The translations under genes were made by a program, and so were the position numbers. Positions 9,388-17,826 of a stretch of 64,000 nucleotides of DNA are shown here, piece by piece; position 1 is the stretch's first letter; each line of letters opens with the position of its first letter. The stretch lies in contig OZ241875.1 in NCBI GenBank assembly GCA_965203325.1, positions 1-64,000 on the forward strand, written 5' to 3'. Below the pieces are notes generated by a model. That model made no database searches. It saw only the letters and a program-made list of their open reading frames with translations, and was not told where the DNA came from. Source of the stretch: a bacterium (GTDB lineage: Bacteria; UBA8248).

Positions 9388-12234
9388 TCATGCGTCGGAG
9401 TCTTCCCCGGTAAGGCCAGGTTCTCGAACCAGAAGTTCACGGATTGGATTGAGTGATGGCAATTCGAGTGTTTTACAGAGAGCCTCATCAATTTGCATTC
9501 GAATCGGATCGCAGTCGAGTTGTGCGAGTGGTTTCAAGGTTTCTTTCGACACGATCTTATAAGTTGTAGACAGCGTATCGAGTTGCTCTGTGTTCAATTC
9601 CCGAACGTCTAGCACTGGCATTGATTCCCATGCGGGTTTCTTCATCTGCATCCAAGCACTTCGGGTTATTGCTCTTCTCCCATAGTAGAATAGCAAGCCA
9701 AGCGTTGAGTTCATCCAAAGTAACAGTGCTTGGCTCTGTTTGATGGAAAGATTTGCGGTATCGAAGGCCCACCAAGTATTGCCAAGCACTTTTGTGTTGA
9801 AACCAGTAGCAAGCACCTTTTGCGTTATTGGCCAAAGTCTTGACACCAATAGAATCTTGCCCGCCTTTGCCCAAACTGCCGTGGCGCTTTTGAGCTTGCG
9901 CCCTTCGATTGGCTTCGGTCGAGATATTAGGAAAGCATTTGGCGCTTGGGCGATTTGAAACACCCGTTTGGCGTCATGGTTCCAAAATGCAGGATAAGGA
10001 GTCCACTGTGACGCAGACCGGTCAACATCAAAGGCGTCAAAAATATCTCGAACATCATAGCCAAGTTCGCCTAGAGCATCGAGACGACAAAGTGGAATGG
10101 GTTGTTGCGATAATTCGCCGGGGATTGACAAAAGTGAATTCTTGTCCAGTGCCCAATGAACTTGGAATAGATAATGTTGATAGAATATAGCGCTCGTCCA
10201 ATTGTCTTTGTGATGCGGTCTAGGAAGGTTTGCGATCTCCCCCAAAACTCTTGCCGCAGAGCGAATAGTTACAGGTTTATTCTGATCGCTCATCTTCTTG
10301 ATTCCAGTCGAAATTCGATCTGCAAGGTCAAGGGCTTCGTGAATAGTGGCGGGATTTCGACGCAATTTGACATAGTAGGTGGAACCAGCCTTTTCGCCAC
10401 GCCTCAGCTTACGGGCCATGAATAAAAGTTCAGATAATTCAGTGTTTTCCGAGAAATTGGTGCGTAACGGATCGTGGCTCGTGATGACGACTTCGAGATG
10501 ATATCGTTCAACTATAAACTTCCGAACAGGACCCCACGCTTCTCCGGTTGCGAGAGCTATTGGCAGAACGAACGCAATACGGCCACCTGGTTTCGTGTGT
10601 TTGTCTGCCAACGGAACGAATAAAGCGCCAAGTCCAGCGGTCGTGTGGATACCGATTTTCTTGGCCTCTTTCGAGAGTGCTTTCTGGAGTTTGGGTCTAT
10701 CCTCTGGCAGTGAGCCGAAAAGCCGATTTCCGTAACGGCTACTGACGAAGGGTGGATTCATGACGCAAAGGTCAAGATTAGGAATTTGGGCATTAGTAAA
10801 TGCGGATTCTGCTGCCCCTGTTCTAACAGTGTCTAAGTGAGTGTTGTCCAGCGTAAATTGTGTTTTAATCTCACTGCCGGAAAGAAAATCTAGGCTACCT
10901 AGTCGCGCGTTCCCGTGATCCATACCAACAGGCATAACGAACAGGTTCATTTGCCGAAACGCGACCTCCGGGGCGAGCAGAGCGAGGGTCGATGCTGTCA
11001 GGTGTACCGCAGACGGCAGTATGTCATATCCGTGGACGACATTTTGCATCAGTGTACTGTGAAGTACAGACAAGTCTTTCGTATCGATGCTTCGGTCGTC
11101 CCCTGCGCGAGTTTTAATAAAATTGTCGGTGAGGGCTTGTGCGGCGGCCATAAGCAGAGTTCCAGTACCACATGCGAGATCTGCGGCTTTGAAGTCCGCA
11201 AGTTCCCGAGCACTACCGAAGTCATGAGGCCACTTGAGATCCAGAGCAACTTTCAACAACAGAGTCGCCGCCGGGACAGATGTATAGTACGTGCCAAGAT
11301 ATTTTGCGTCGTGGAGCAACCAGTGATAAATTCGTCCCATCAGGTCATGACGCAATGCAGCTTGTTCGGTGCAGATTTTTTGTGCTGCGTCGAGGAGAGA
11401 TTGAACAATCCTGGTAGTGCCTACAAATGCTGGTAGTTCATCAAGTATACGTTCCCCAAGCTGGAAGATGGGAGTGTAGTTTATGTTTTCCCAAATCCAG
11501 CGCCAATGTTCCGATGTAGCTTCAATAATGTCGTCATTCTTCGCTAATTTCCGAAGTGTATCTACGCGCTCATCATTTAATGCCAACTGCTCTTGGAATA
11601 TGAAAGCGTTCGCTAGCACGAGAGCCGATACCTTTGCAGTAGTTTCACGCCTTTCGGATGTTGCTTTCGGTTTTTCTTTTTTCGGGATGGGAGTACCCAA
11701 CAATCTGGACAGGCGGTCGCAGGAGCCAGGTTGCCCAATCCAGAGTTTTGAGATGTTTTCTAGGTGAATCGAAAGAGCTTTGGCTGTTTTTTCCACTATA
11801 TCGTTTTGTGTAAGTGATTCCTGTGCTCTTCGAAGTGCCTCCATCAGTGATGCGGGATTTCCTTCGAACCAATTTTCACTCTCGAAAGTTTCAGTAACGA
11901 GTCGGTAACGAAGTCGCGCATCTGTCAAAGTATCAATTATCTTGGTAGTTGGGGTTGTTCGTAATTGATCAGGATAAACAGTCGCGGCAGCAATATGCGC
12001 AATGCCCGCGCGAACTCGTTTACGAGCATCGTCCAGAACGACTTGTTCGGCGTTCGGCGTATCTTGGAATTTACCTTCAATGACAATTCGCAAGCCACGA
12101 AGTTGGAACAAAACATCGGGACGATGCTTACCGTGGACTTGGATCGTTTCAGCGTCTGCTGTGACTCCAAGTTCTGAGATCAATAACGCAAGTTGTGTGT
12201 TAACCACTTCTTCGCGATTGCGTTGGCTATTCAT
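9388..12234 (-). CDS. Type IIG-like restriction-modification enzyme (nuclease + amino-methyltransferase + target recognition region)
   Basis: N-terminal PD..IEGK nuclease motif. MTase motifs GTYYT (X), DLACGTG (I), GYDI (II) and NPPF (IV). Long C-terminal region. GC is lower than in the flanking genes. Confidence 0.85.
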   Translation of the reverse strand: MNSQRNREEVVNTQLALLISELGVTADAETIQVHGKHRPDVLFQLRGLRIVIEGKFQDTPNAEQVVLDDARKRVRAGIAHIAAATVYPDQLRTTPTTKIIDTLTDARLRYRLVTETFESENWFEGNPASLMEALRRAQESLTQNDIVEKTAKALSIHLENISKLWIGQPGSCDRLSRLLGTPIPKKEKPKATSERRETTAKVSALVLANAFIFQEQLALNDERVDTLRKLAKNDDIIEATSEHWRWIWENINYTPIFQLGERILDELPAFVGTTRIVQSLLDAAQKICTEQAALRHDLMGRIYHWLLHDAKYLGTYYTSVPAATLLLKVALDLKWPHDFGSARELADFKAADLACGTGTLLMAAAQALTDNFIKTRAGDDRSIDTKDLSVLHSTLMQNVVHGYDILPSAVHLTASTLALLAPEVAFRQMNLFVMPVGMDHGNARLGSLDFLSGSEIKTQFTLDNTHLDTVRTGAAESAFTNAQIPNLDLCVMNPPFVSSRYGNRLFGSLPEDRPKLQKALSKEAKKIGIHTTAGLGALFVPLADKHTKPGGRIAFVLPIALATGEAWGPVRKFIVERYHLEVVITSHDPLRTNFSENTELSELLFMARKLRRGEKAGSTYYVKLRRNPATIHEALDLADRISTGIKKMSDQNKPVTIRSAARVLGEIANLPRPHHKDNWTSAIFYQHYLFQVHWALDKNSLLSIPGELSQQPIPLCRLDALGELGYDVRDIFDAFDVDRSASQWTPYPAFWNHDAKRVFQIAQAPNAFLISRPKPIEGRKLKSATAVWAKAGKILLVSRLWPITQKVLATGFNTKVLGNTWWAFDTANLSIKQSQALLLWMNSTLGLLFYYGRRAITRSAWMQMKKPAWESMPVLDVRELNTEQLDTLSTTYKIVSKETLKPLAQLDCDPIRMQIDEALCKTLELPSLNPIRELLVREPGLTGEDSDA

Positions 12235-12535
12235 TTACTCTCCGCCACCGATTTAGAAACAAAGTCAATCCTATAACAGGCTATCGTCTTTCGAATAGCT
12301 CAGGATGGAATTTAAGAATCCTATTTTGCAAGTTAGAATAGCTTTTCGGGCAGGGCTCAAAAAATAGTTGACTCTCGACCATACCTGCTACAACATTTCT
12401 TTACCAATGCCGTTACGTCTTGTATTCAGAGCTTTTTTCTTTCGCTATTCCCCACTTTCCACGAGAATCCCCATATACCCATTCCGCCTGGACTCATGCT
12501 AAAATCCGCGAAATGCACCGCCGAGGAGAGACCAC

Positions 12536-12928
12536 TTGATCTTCAAACTGTTTTTGCTCTTCACGCTCATCCCCATCATCGAACTGATGATCCTCATCGA
12601 TCTGGGAACCTCCATCGGCCTGGCTCCGACGCTGGGAGTGGTCATCCTCACGGGTGCGCTGGGCGCATGGGCGGCGAGAACCCAGGGGTTCTACGTGGTG
12701 TCGCGCATCCAGGCGGAAATGGCGGAGGGGAGGCTTCCCGGGGCCGAGATGGTCGAGGGTGCGATGGTCCTGGTGGGCGGCGTGCTGCTCCTGACGCCCG
12801 GCCTCCTGACGGACGCCGCCGGTTTCGCCTTGATGGTCCCCGCCGTGCGGGCCGTGGTGCGGGGCTGGCTGATGCGAAAATTCGAAAAGATGATCGAAGA
12901 GGGGAAGGTGCATGTCTACCGGGGCTAG
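12536..12928 (+). CDS. fxsA: FxsA family membrane protein
   Basis: LFTLIPIIELMILI and GGVLLLTPGLLTDAAG. Confidence 0.9.
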   Translation: MIFKLFLLFTLIPIIELMILIDLGTSIGLAPTLGVVILTGALGAWAARTQGFYVVSRIQAEMAEGRLPGAEMVEGAMVLVGGVLLLTPGLLTDAAGFALMVPAVRAVVRGWLMRKFEKMIEEGKVHVYRG

Positions 12929-13859
12929 GGTGGAGCGCATCGGGCCGGAGCACCGCCATTCGCTGACCGCCCTCGCGGCGGAGGCCTTCGGGCTTTCGCG
13001 CGAAGAGGTAGATGCCGGTTTCGGCGCGCCGGGCACGAAGGTCTGGCTCGCCTGGCCGGGAGAGGGCGAAGACGAGACCCCGGCGGGCTACTGCCGCATG
13101 GTGGTGAACCGGGAGGCGAGAGCAAGGAGCAGGGCCTGCATCGACGCGCTCTACGTGCGGCCCGAAGCCCGCAAGGCGGGTTACGCCCGTCATCTGCTGG
13201 AGGCGGCCCTCGCCGAGGCGCGCAAAAACGGCCTGGGCGGCATCTGGGCGTATCTGCCCGTATCGCTTCCGGGGCGTTTTATATATCTGAGCGGCGGGCG
13301 GAAGGTGCGCGATCTCCGCTTCCTGAAGCATGACGCGCTCACGGAGTTGGGAGAACCGCGTCTGCCGGCGGGCTACCGTCTTCGCGCGGCGGCCCTTCCG
13401 GAGGACGGGCAATACCTCGCCGATCTGTTCAACGAGATTTTCCCGAACATGTGGAACTTCATGCCGCATACGCCCGAGACGATCACCGCCTGGTACGACG
13501 CGCCGGATACGGACCCGGAAAACTCGTTCATTCTCGAATTTTCTAACGGCGAATCAGGAAGCCCCCAGGGTGCGGGGATGGCGATACTGGCGGTCGACCC
13601 GAGCCGCTTGGCCATGGGCGACAAAGCCGTCTACATCCCCGACCTCGGCGTCATGCGCGGCCACCGGAGACGCGGGCTGGGCCGCTTGCTGATCCAGGCT
13701 TCCGCCCAGAGGGCGCAGGCGTGCGGCGCGGAGGCGCTCGAACTCATCGTCTCCGCAGAAGATCAGGATGTGCGCGCGTTCTACCAGGGTCTGGGATTCA
13801 ACGAAGTAGGGGTCATCAGCGTGTATGAGTGGCTCTGCAGTGACTTAGAATCTACTTGA
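12912..13859 (+). CDS. Tandem GNAT acetyltransferase
   Basis: Two acetyl-CoA binding motifs (LYVRPEARKAGYARHLL; LGVMRGHRRRGLGRLL) and FYQGLGF. Start may be GTG 12930. Confidence 0.82.
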   Translation: MSTGARVERIGPEHRHSLTALAAEAFGLSREEVDAGFGAPGTKVWLAWPGEGEDETPAGYCRMVVNREARARSRACIDALYVRPEARKAGYARHLLEAALAEARKNGLGGIWAYLPVSLPGRFIYLSGGRKVRDLRFLKHDALTELGEPRLPAGYRLRAAALPEDGQYLADLFNEIFPNMWNFMPHTPETITAWYDAPDTDPENSFILEFSNGESGSPQGAGMAILAVDPSRLAMGDKAVYIPDLGVMRGHRRRGLGRLLIQASAQRAQACGAEALELIVSAEDQDVRAFYQGLGFNEVGVISVYEWLCSDLEST

Positions 13860-13888
13860 ATAAAAATATGCAACATATTGTTATTGAG

Positions 13889-15151
13889 TTATAAATTACT
13901 TTTTATGTAGCTCGATACTTCCTCGCGTCTCACCTCGGTCTGTCGGCTCTCGTTCATGTGGCGGACGCTCACCACCCCTTTGGCCGTCTCGTCGTCGCCC
14001 AAGAGCAGCACGAACGCCGCACCCGAGCGGTCGGCGCGCCTCATCTGGCTTTTCATGCTGCCCCCGCCGAAGGAGCGTTCGGTGCGAATCCCCCCCGCGC
14101 GCAGTTCTGCGGCGAGTCCGAAGACTTGGGGCTCTGCGGCGTCGCCGAGTGCGACGATGTAGACTTGTGGTTCCTCATTCTGGGCTGGGGCCTTTTCTCC
14201 TGCTAACTGCAAGAGACGCTCCACGCCGACCGCGAAGCCGATTCCCGGCGTGGGCGGGCCGCCCAGCTCCTCCATGAGACCGTCGTACCGCCCTCCGCCG
14301 CACACCGCGTTCTGCGCTCCGAGGCTCTGGCTCGTCACCTCGAACACGGTGAGGCAGTAGTAGTCGAGGCCGCGGACGAGCCTCGGGTTGATTTCATAAG
14401 CGACGCCCGCGCTCTCGATGAGCTCGCAAACGCTCTCCAGATGCGCCCGGCAGTCATCGTTCCAGAACGCGTCTATCCTCGGCGCGCGCGCGATGATCTC
14501 CTGGTGGTCCGGGTTCTTGCTGTCCAGAAAGCGAAGCGGGTTGCGCTCGACCCGTTCGGCGATTTCGGCGCCCAAGTGCTTCGTTTCTGCTCTGAGATAA
14601 TCCTGGAGAGCGGCGGCGTAGGCCGGGCGGCATTCCGCATCGCCCAGGTTGTTGATCTGGAGCGCCAGGCCCTCGACCCCCATTTTATCGAGAAATTCCA
14701 TAAGCATCACGATGAGTTCGGCGTCGACCGCCGGGTCCACCGAGCCGAACACCTCGGCGTCTATCTGGTGGAACTGCCGCAGGCGGCCCGCCTGGGGACG
14801 CTCGTAGCGGAACATGGGGCCGATGCAGAAGAGCTTGGAGACGCCGGGTCGGTTGTGGAGGCCGTTTTGCATGTAGGCGCGGCAGATCGAGGCGGTCGCC
14901 TCGGGGCGCAGGGTGATGGAGTCGCCCCCCTTGTCTTCGAAGGTATACATCTCCTTGGAGACGATGTCGGTCTCCTCGCCGATGCCGCGCGCGAAGAGTT
15001 CGGTGCGCTCGAACACGGGCACTCTTATTTCCCCGTAGCCGTAGCGCGCGAAAATCTCTCTCGCTAGCCGCTCGGCGCCATGCCACCGCAAGGATTCTTC
15101 GGGCAGGATGTCTTTCACGCCGCGCACCGCCGTGAGCCTGGGCCGCGCCAT
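13889..15151 (-). CDS. hisS: Histidine--tRNA ligase
   Basis: RGVKDILP, KEMYTF, LRPEATAS, FRYERPQAGRLRQFHQ, LVRGLDYY and GGGRYDGL. ATG 15151 follows GGAGG. Confidence 0.97.
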   Translation of the reverse strand: MARPRLTAVRGVKDILPEESLRWHGAERLAREIFARYGYGEIRVPVFERTELFARGIGEETDIVSKEMYTFEDKGGDSITLRPEATASICRAYMQNGLHNRPGVSKLFCIGPMFRYERPQAGRLRQFHQIDAEVFGSVDPAVDAELIVMLMEFLDKMGVEGLALQINNLGDAECRPAYAAALQDYLRAETKHLGAEIAERVERNPLRFLDSKNPDHQEIIARAPRIDAFWNDDCRAHLESVCELIESAGVAYEINPRLVRGLDYYCLTVFEVTSQSLGAQNAVCGGGRYDGLMEELGGPPTPGIGFAVGVERLLQLAGEKAPAQNEEPQVYIVALGDAAEPQVFGLAAELRAGGIRTERSFGGGSMKSQMRRADRSGAAFVLLLGDDETAKGVVSVRHMNESRQTEVRREEVSSYIKSNL

Positions 15152-15153
15152 CG

Positions 15154-15903
15154 CTATCCTCCAAGAGCCGCTTCGAGCAGGCGGGGCAGGGCGACGCCCG
15201 AGGGCTCCTGCACCGCCTCGCTCATGTACGGGCTGATGTCCGTCGGCTCGGGGTTCACCTCGAGCACGAACGCGCCGCCTCGCGAGGCCGTCATGGGCAT
15301 GGAGGCGGCCGGCTGCACCGCGGCGGAAGTGCCCGCCACGATCAGGTAATCGCAATCATCCACCGCAACGAGCGCCCGGCGCAACTGCTCGGGGTCGAGC
15401 ATCTCGCCGAACCACACCACGTGGGGGCGCAGGAGGCTCTCGCACGCCTCACACTTCGGGGGCAGGGGGTCGATCGGCACGTCGCGGTTCTCCCACGCGA
15501 GCGTGTAGCGCTCACAGCCTGGGTTCGTGCAGCGGACGCGCCAGATGTTGCCGTGCAGCTCCACGATTTCGCGCGTCCCGGCGACGCGGTGTAAGTTGTC
15601 GATGTTCTGCGTGATGAGTGCGAAGCGCGCGAAGTGCTCCTCAAGCGAGGCGATGGCGTAATGGCCCGGGTTGGGCGCCAGGGGTTCGAGCACCTCGCGG
15701 CGGTAGTTGTAAAACTCCCAGACGAGTTTCGGGTCGGCGCGAAAGGCCTCAGGGGTGGCCAGCGAGGTGGCGCTGTACTCGCGCCACAGACCGCCCGCCC
15801 CCCGGAAGGTGGGCACGCCGCTCTCCGCACTCACGCCCGCCCCGGTCAGGATGACCACCGATTCCGCCTCCTTGAGGGCGTCTATCGCGCGTTGGCTGAA
15901 CAT
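15154..15903 (-). CDS. cobB: NAD-dependent protein deacylase (sirtuin, CobB-like)
   Basis: LTGAGVSAESGVPTFR, ITQNID, ELHGN, Zn Cys pairs, LRPHVVWFGE and GTS..VQPAA. Has the Y..R motif (FYNYRR). Confidence 0.93.
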   Translation of the reverse strand: MFSQRAIDALKEAESVVILTGAGVSAESGVPTFRGAGGLWREYSATSLATPEAFRADPKLVWEFYNYRREVLEPLAPNPGHYAIASLEEHFARFALITQNIDNLHRVAGTREIVELHGNIWRVRCTNPGCERYTLAWENRDVPIDPLPPKCEACESLLRPHVVWFGEMLDPEQLRRALVAVDDCDYLIVAGTSAAVQPAASMPMTASRGGAFVLEVNPEPTDISPYMSEAVQEPSGVALPRLLEAALGG

Positions 15904-16025
15904 CGTTTTCTCCCGGATGAGTCCGGTACCCGGCTGTGAACCGAATTGTTTCTCACCATCTATGCCGGCACGAAACTTCGGAGAAGGTAGTCCATCGGCC
16001 CCGCGTGCGCAAACGGGGATGGAAG

Positions 16026-16054
16026 TTGACACGCGCGCGGATGCCGCCTAGCTT
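16026..16054 (+). promoter_or_regulatory. Putative sigma70 promoter
   Basis: TTGACA-N17-TAGCTT upstream of the TPP enzyme. Confidence 0.5.
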
Positions 16055-16095
16055 TGGCGGGCTTTGTTTCTATGGGGGAACCGGAGGAGTTTCAG

Positions 16096-17799
16096 GTGGC
16101 GCGAAACGGATCGCAGGTCCTGCTCGATGCGCTTAAGGAAAACGGCGCGGAATACATCTTTGGCATTCCGGGCACGCTCACGCTGCCGGTCTACGACGCG
16201 ATGATCGACGGCGCGGGCGCGACGCCGGTCGTCACGCGCCACGAGCAGGGGGCGGGTTTCGCGGCGGACGGCTACGCCAAGGTGTCCGGTAAGACGGGTG
16301 TGGTCTTCACCGTGCCGGGGCCGGGCGGCACGAACCTCGCCACCGCGCTTCGCTCGGCATTCGAGGACGCGGTTCCCGTCGTCGCGGTGACGGCCACCCT
16401 CGCCGACAACATGCGGGACAGGAGCGCCATCCACGACGTGGACATGGAAAAGGCGCTCGCGGGCTGCGTCAAAAAGGCGTTCACGCCCGATTCGGTCGCG
16501 GGCATAGAGCCCGCCGTGGAGGCCGCGTTCCGCTGGGCGGAGGCGGGAAGGCCGGGGCCTGTGCAGGTGGTGATGAAGGCGGACCTGTTCCAGGCCGAAG
16601 AGGAGCGGGTGATCATAAAACCCGAATTCGAGGGGCCGCCGGCCACGCCTCCGGTCGATGAGCGCGCGCTCGATGAGATCGCAGAGTCGCTCCTGGCGGC
16701 CAGGCGTCCCGTGATATATGCGGGCAATGGTGTTGTAACCGCCCGCTGTGAGAGAGAGGTGCAGCTTCTGGCTTCGAAGCTGGGCGCACCCGTCGTCACC
16801 TCCGTGAAAGGGCGGGGGATTCTGTCCGAAGCCGATCCGCTCTCCTTCGGCCTGGTGCATTTCCTGGGCTGTGAGGAGATGCTCGAAGAGGCGGATTCGT
16901 GTCTGGCCCTAGGGACGGGTTTCGGGCAGTTCGCCACGTTCTACTTCAAGGCGCCGATGCCGAAGAATCTCGTTCAGATCGACATCGACCCCGAGCGGGT
17001 CGGCCGGAATTACCCGGCATCGGTGGGCCTGGTGAGTGATCTCAAGCCCGCACTCGACGGCCTGCTCAAGCGAATCGCAGACGCGGATGATGCCGCCCTC
17101 ACAGAAGGACACGTTCGCGTGCGCGAGGGGAAAAGGCGCTATGAGGAGAGGCTGCGCTCGTTTTTGACAGAACCGGCCGAGCCGCCCTTCCACGGTCTTT
17201 TCGTGATGAAGACGCTGCGCGAGAATACCTCGCCCGATACGATTTTCGTCTCCGATTCCTCCGCCACCCAGAGCTGGCTCATGGAGCAGGCGTTTACGAT
17301 TCACCGCCCCAGGAGCATCCTGCTATCGGAAGCCTACCAGTCGATGGGCTACGCCGTGGGCGCGGCGGTCGGGGCGAAGCTCGGCGCGCCCGAGCGGCCG
17401 GTGTGCGCAATCGTGGGGGACGGCAGCTTTACGATGACCTGCGGCGAACTGGCCACGGCGGCGGCGCTCGGTTTGTCGATCACCTACCTCATTTTCAACG
17501 ACGGGGAATACAACGCGCTCAGACACTCGCAAAAGCACGTGTTCGGCGAGCGCTACATCGCCACTTCTCTCAACAACCCCGACTTCCCGAATCTCGCGCG
17601 CGCGTTCGGCGCGCATGGTCACAAAGTGGAATCGGCGGAGGCGTTGGGGAGCGCCATCCGGGATGCGCAGTCGGGGGGCGGCGTGCACGTCATCGACTGT
17701 CCGATCGACCGGGACGTGCTCTCTTCGAGATGGACGCGGACGGTGAAATCCTTCCGTGGCGGGGCCGCCACCGCGCCGCCACCCGACGCGGGCGACTGA
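16096..17799 (+). CDS. Thiamine pyrophosphate-dependent enzyme (acetolactate synthase-like)
   Basis: FGIPG, RHEQGAGFAADGYA, GPGGTN and the TPP motif GDGSF..FNDG. GTG start after GGAGGA. Confidence 0.9.
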   Translation: MARNGSQVLLDALKENGAEYIFGIPGTLTLPVYDAMIDGAGATPVVTRHEQGAGFAADGYAKVSGKTGVVFTVPGPGGTNLATALRSAFEDAVPVVAVTATLADNMRDRSAIHDVDMEKALAGCVKKAFTPDSVAGIEPAVEAAFRWAEAGRPGPVQVVMKADLFQAEEERVIIKPEFEGPPATPPVDERALDEIAESLLAARRPVIYAGNGVVTARCEREVQLLASKLGAPVVTSVKGRGILSEADPLSFGLVHFLGCEEMLEEADSCLALGTGFGQFATFYFKAPMPKNLVQIDIDPERVGRNYPASVGLVSDLKPALDGLLKRIADADDAALTEGHVRVREGKRRYEERLRSFLTEPAEPPFHGLFVMKTLRENTSPDTIFVSDSSATQSWLMEQAFTIHRPRSILLSEAYQSMGYAVGAAVGAKLGAPERPVCAIVGDGSFTMTCGELATAAALGLSITYLIFNDGEYNALRHSQKHVFGERYIATSLNNPDFPNLARAFGAHGHKVESAEALGSAIRDAQSGGGVHVIDCPIDRDVLSSRWTRTVKSFRGGAATAPPPDAGD

Positions 17800-17826
17800 T
17801 TCGAGACCTTTGCGCACGGGTTGGTC

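Noticed and set aside
13861..13884. AT-rich palindrome AATATG-CAA-CATATT as a dif site or operator
   Set aside because: No match to the XerC/XerD dif consensus. It lies between convergent genes and is too short to support a call.
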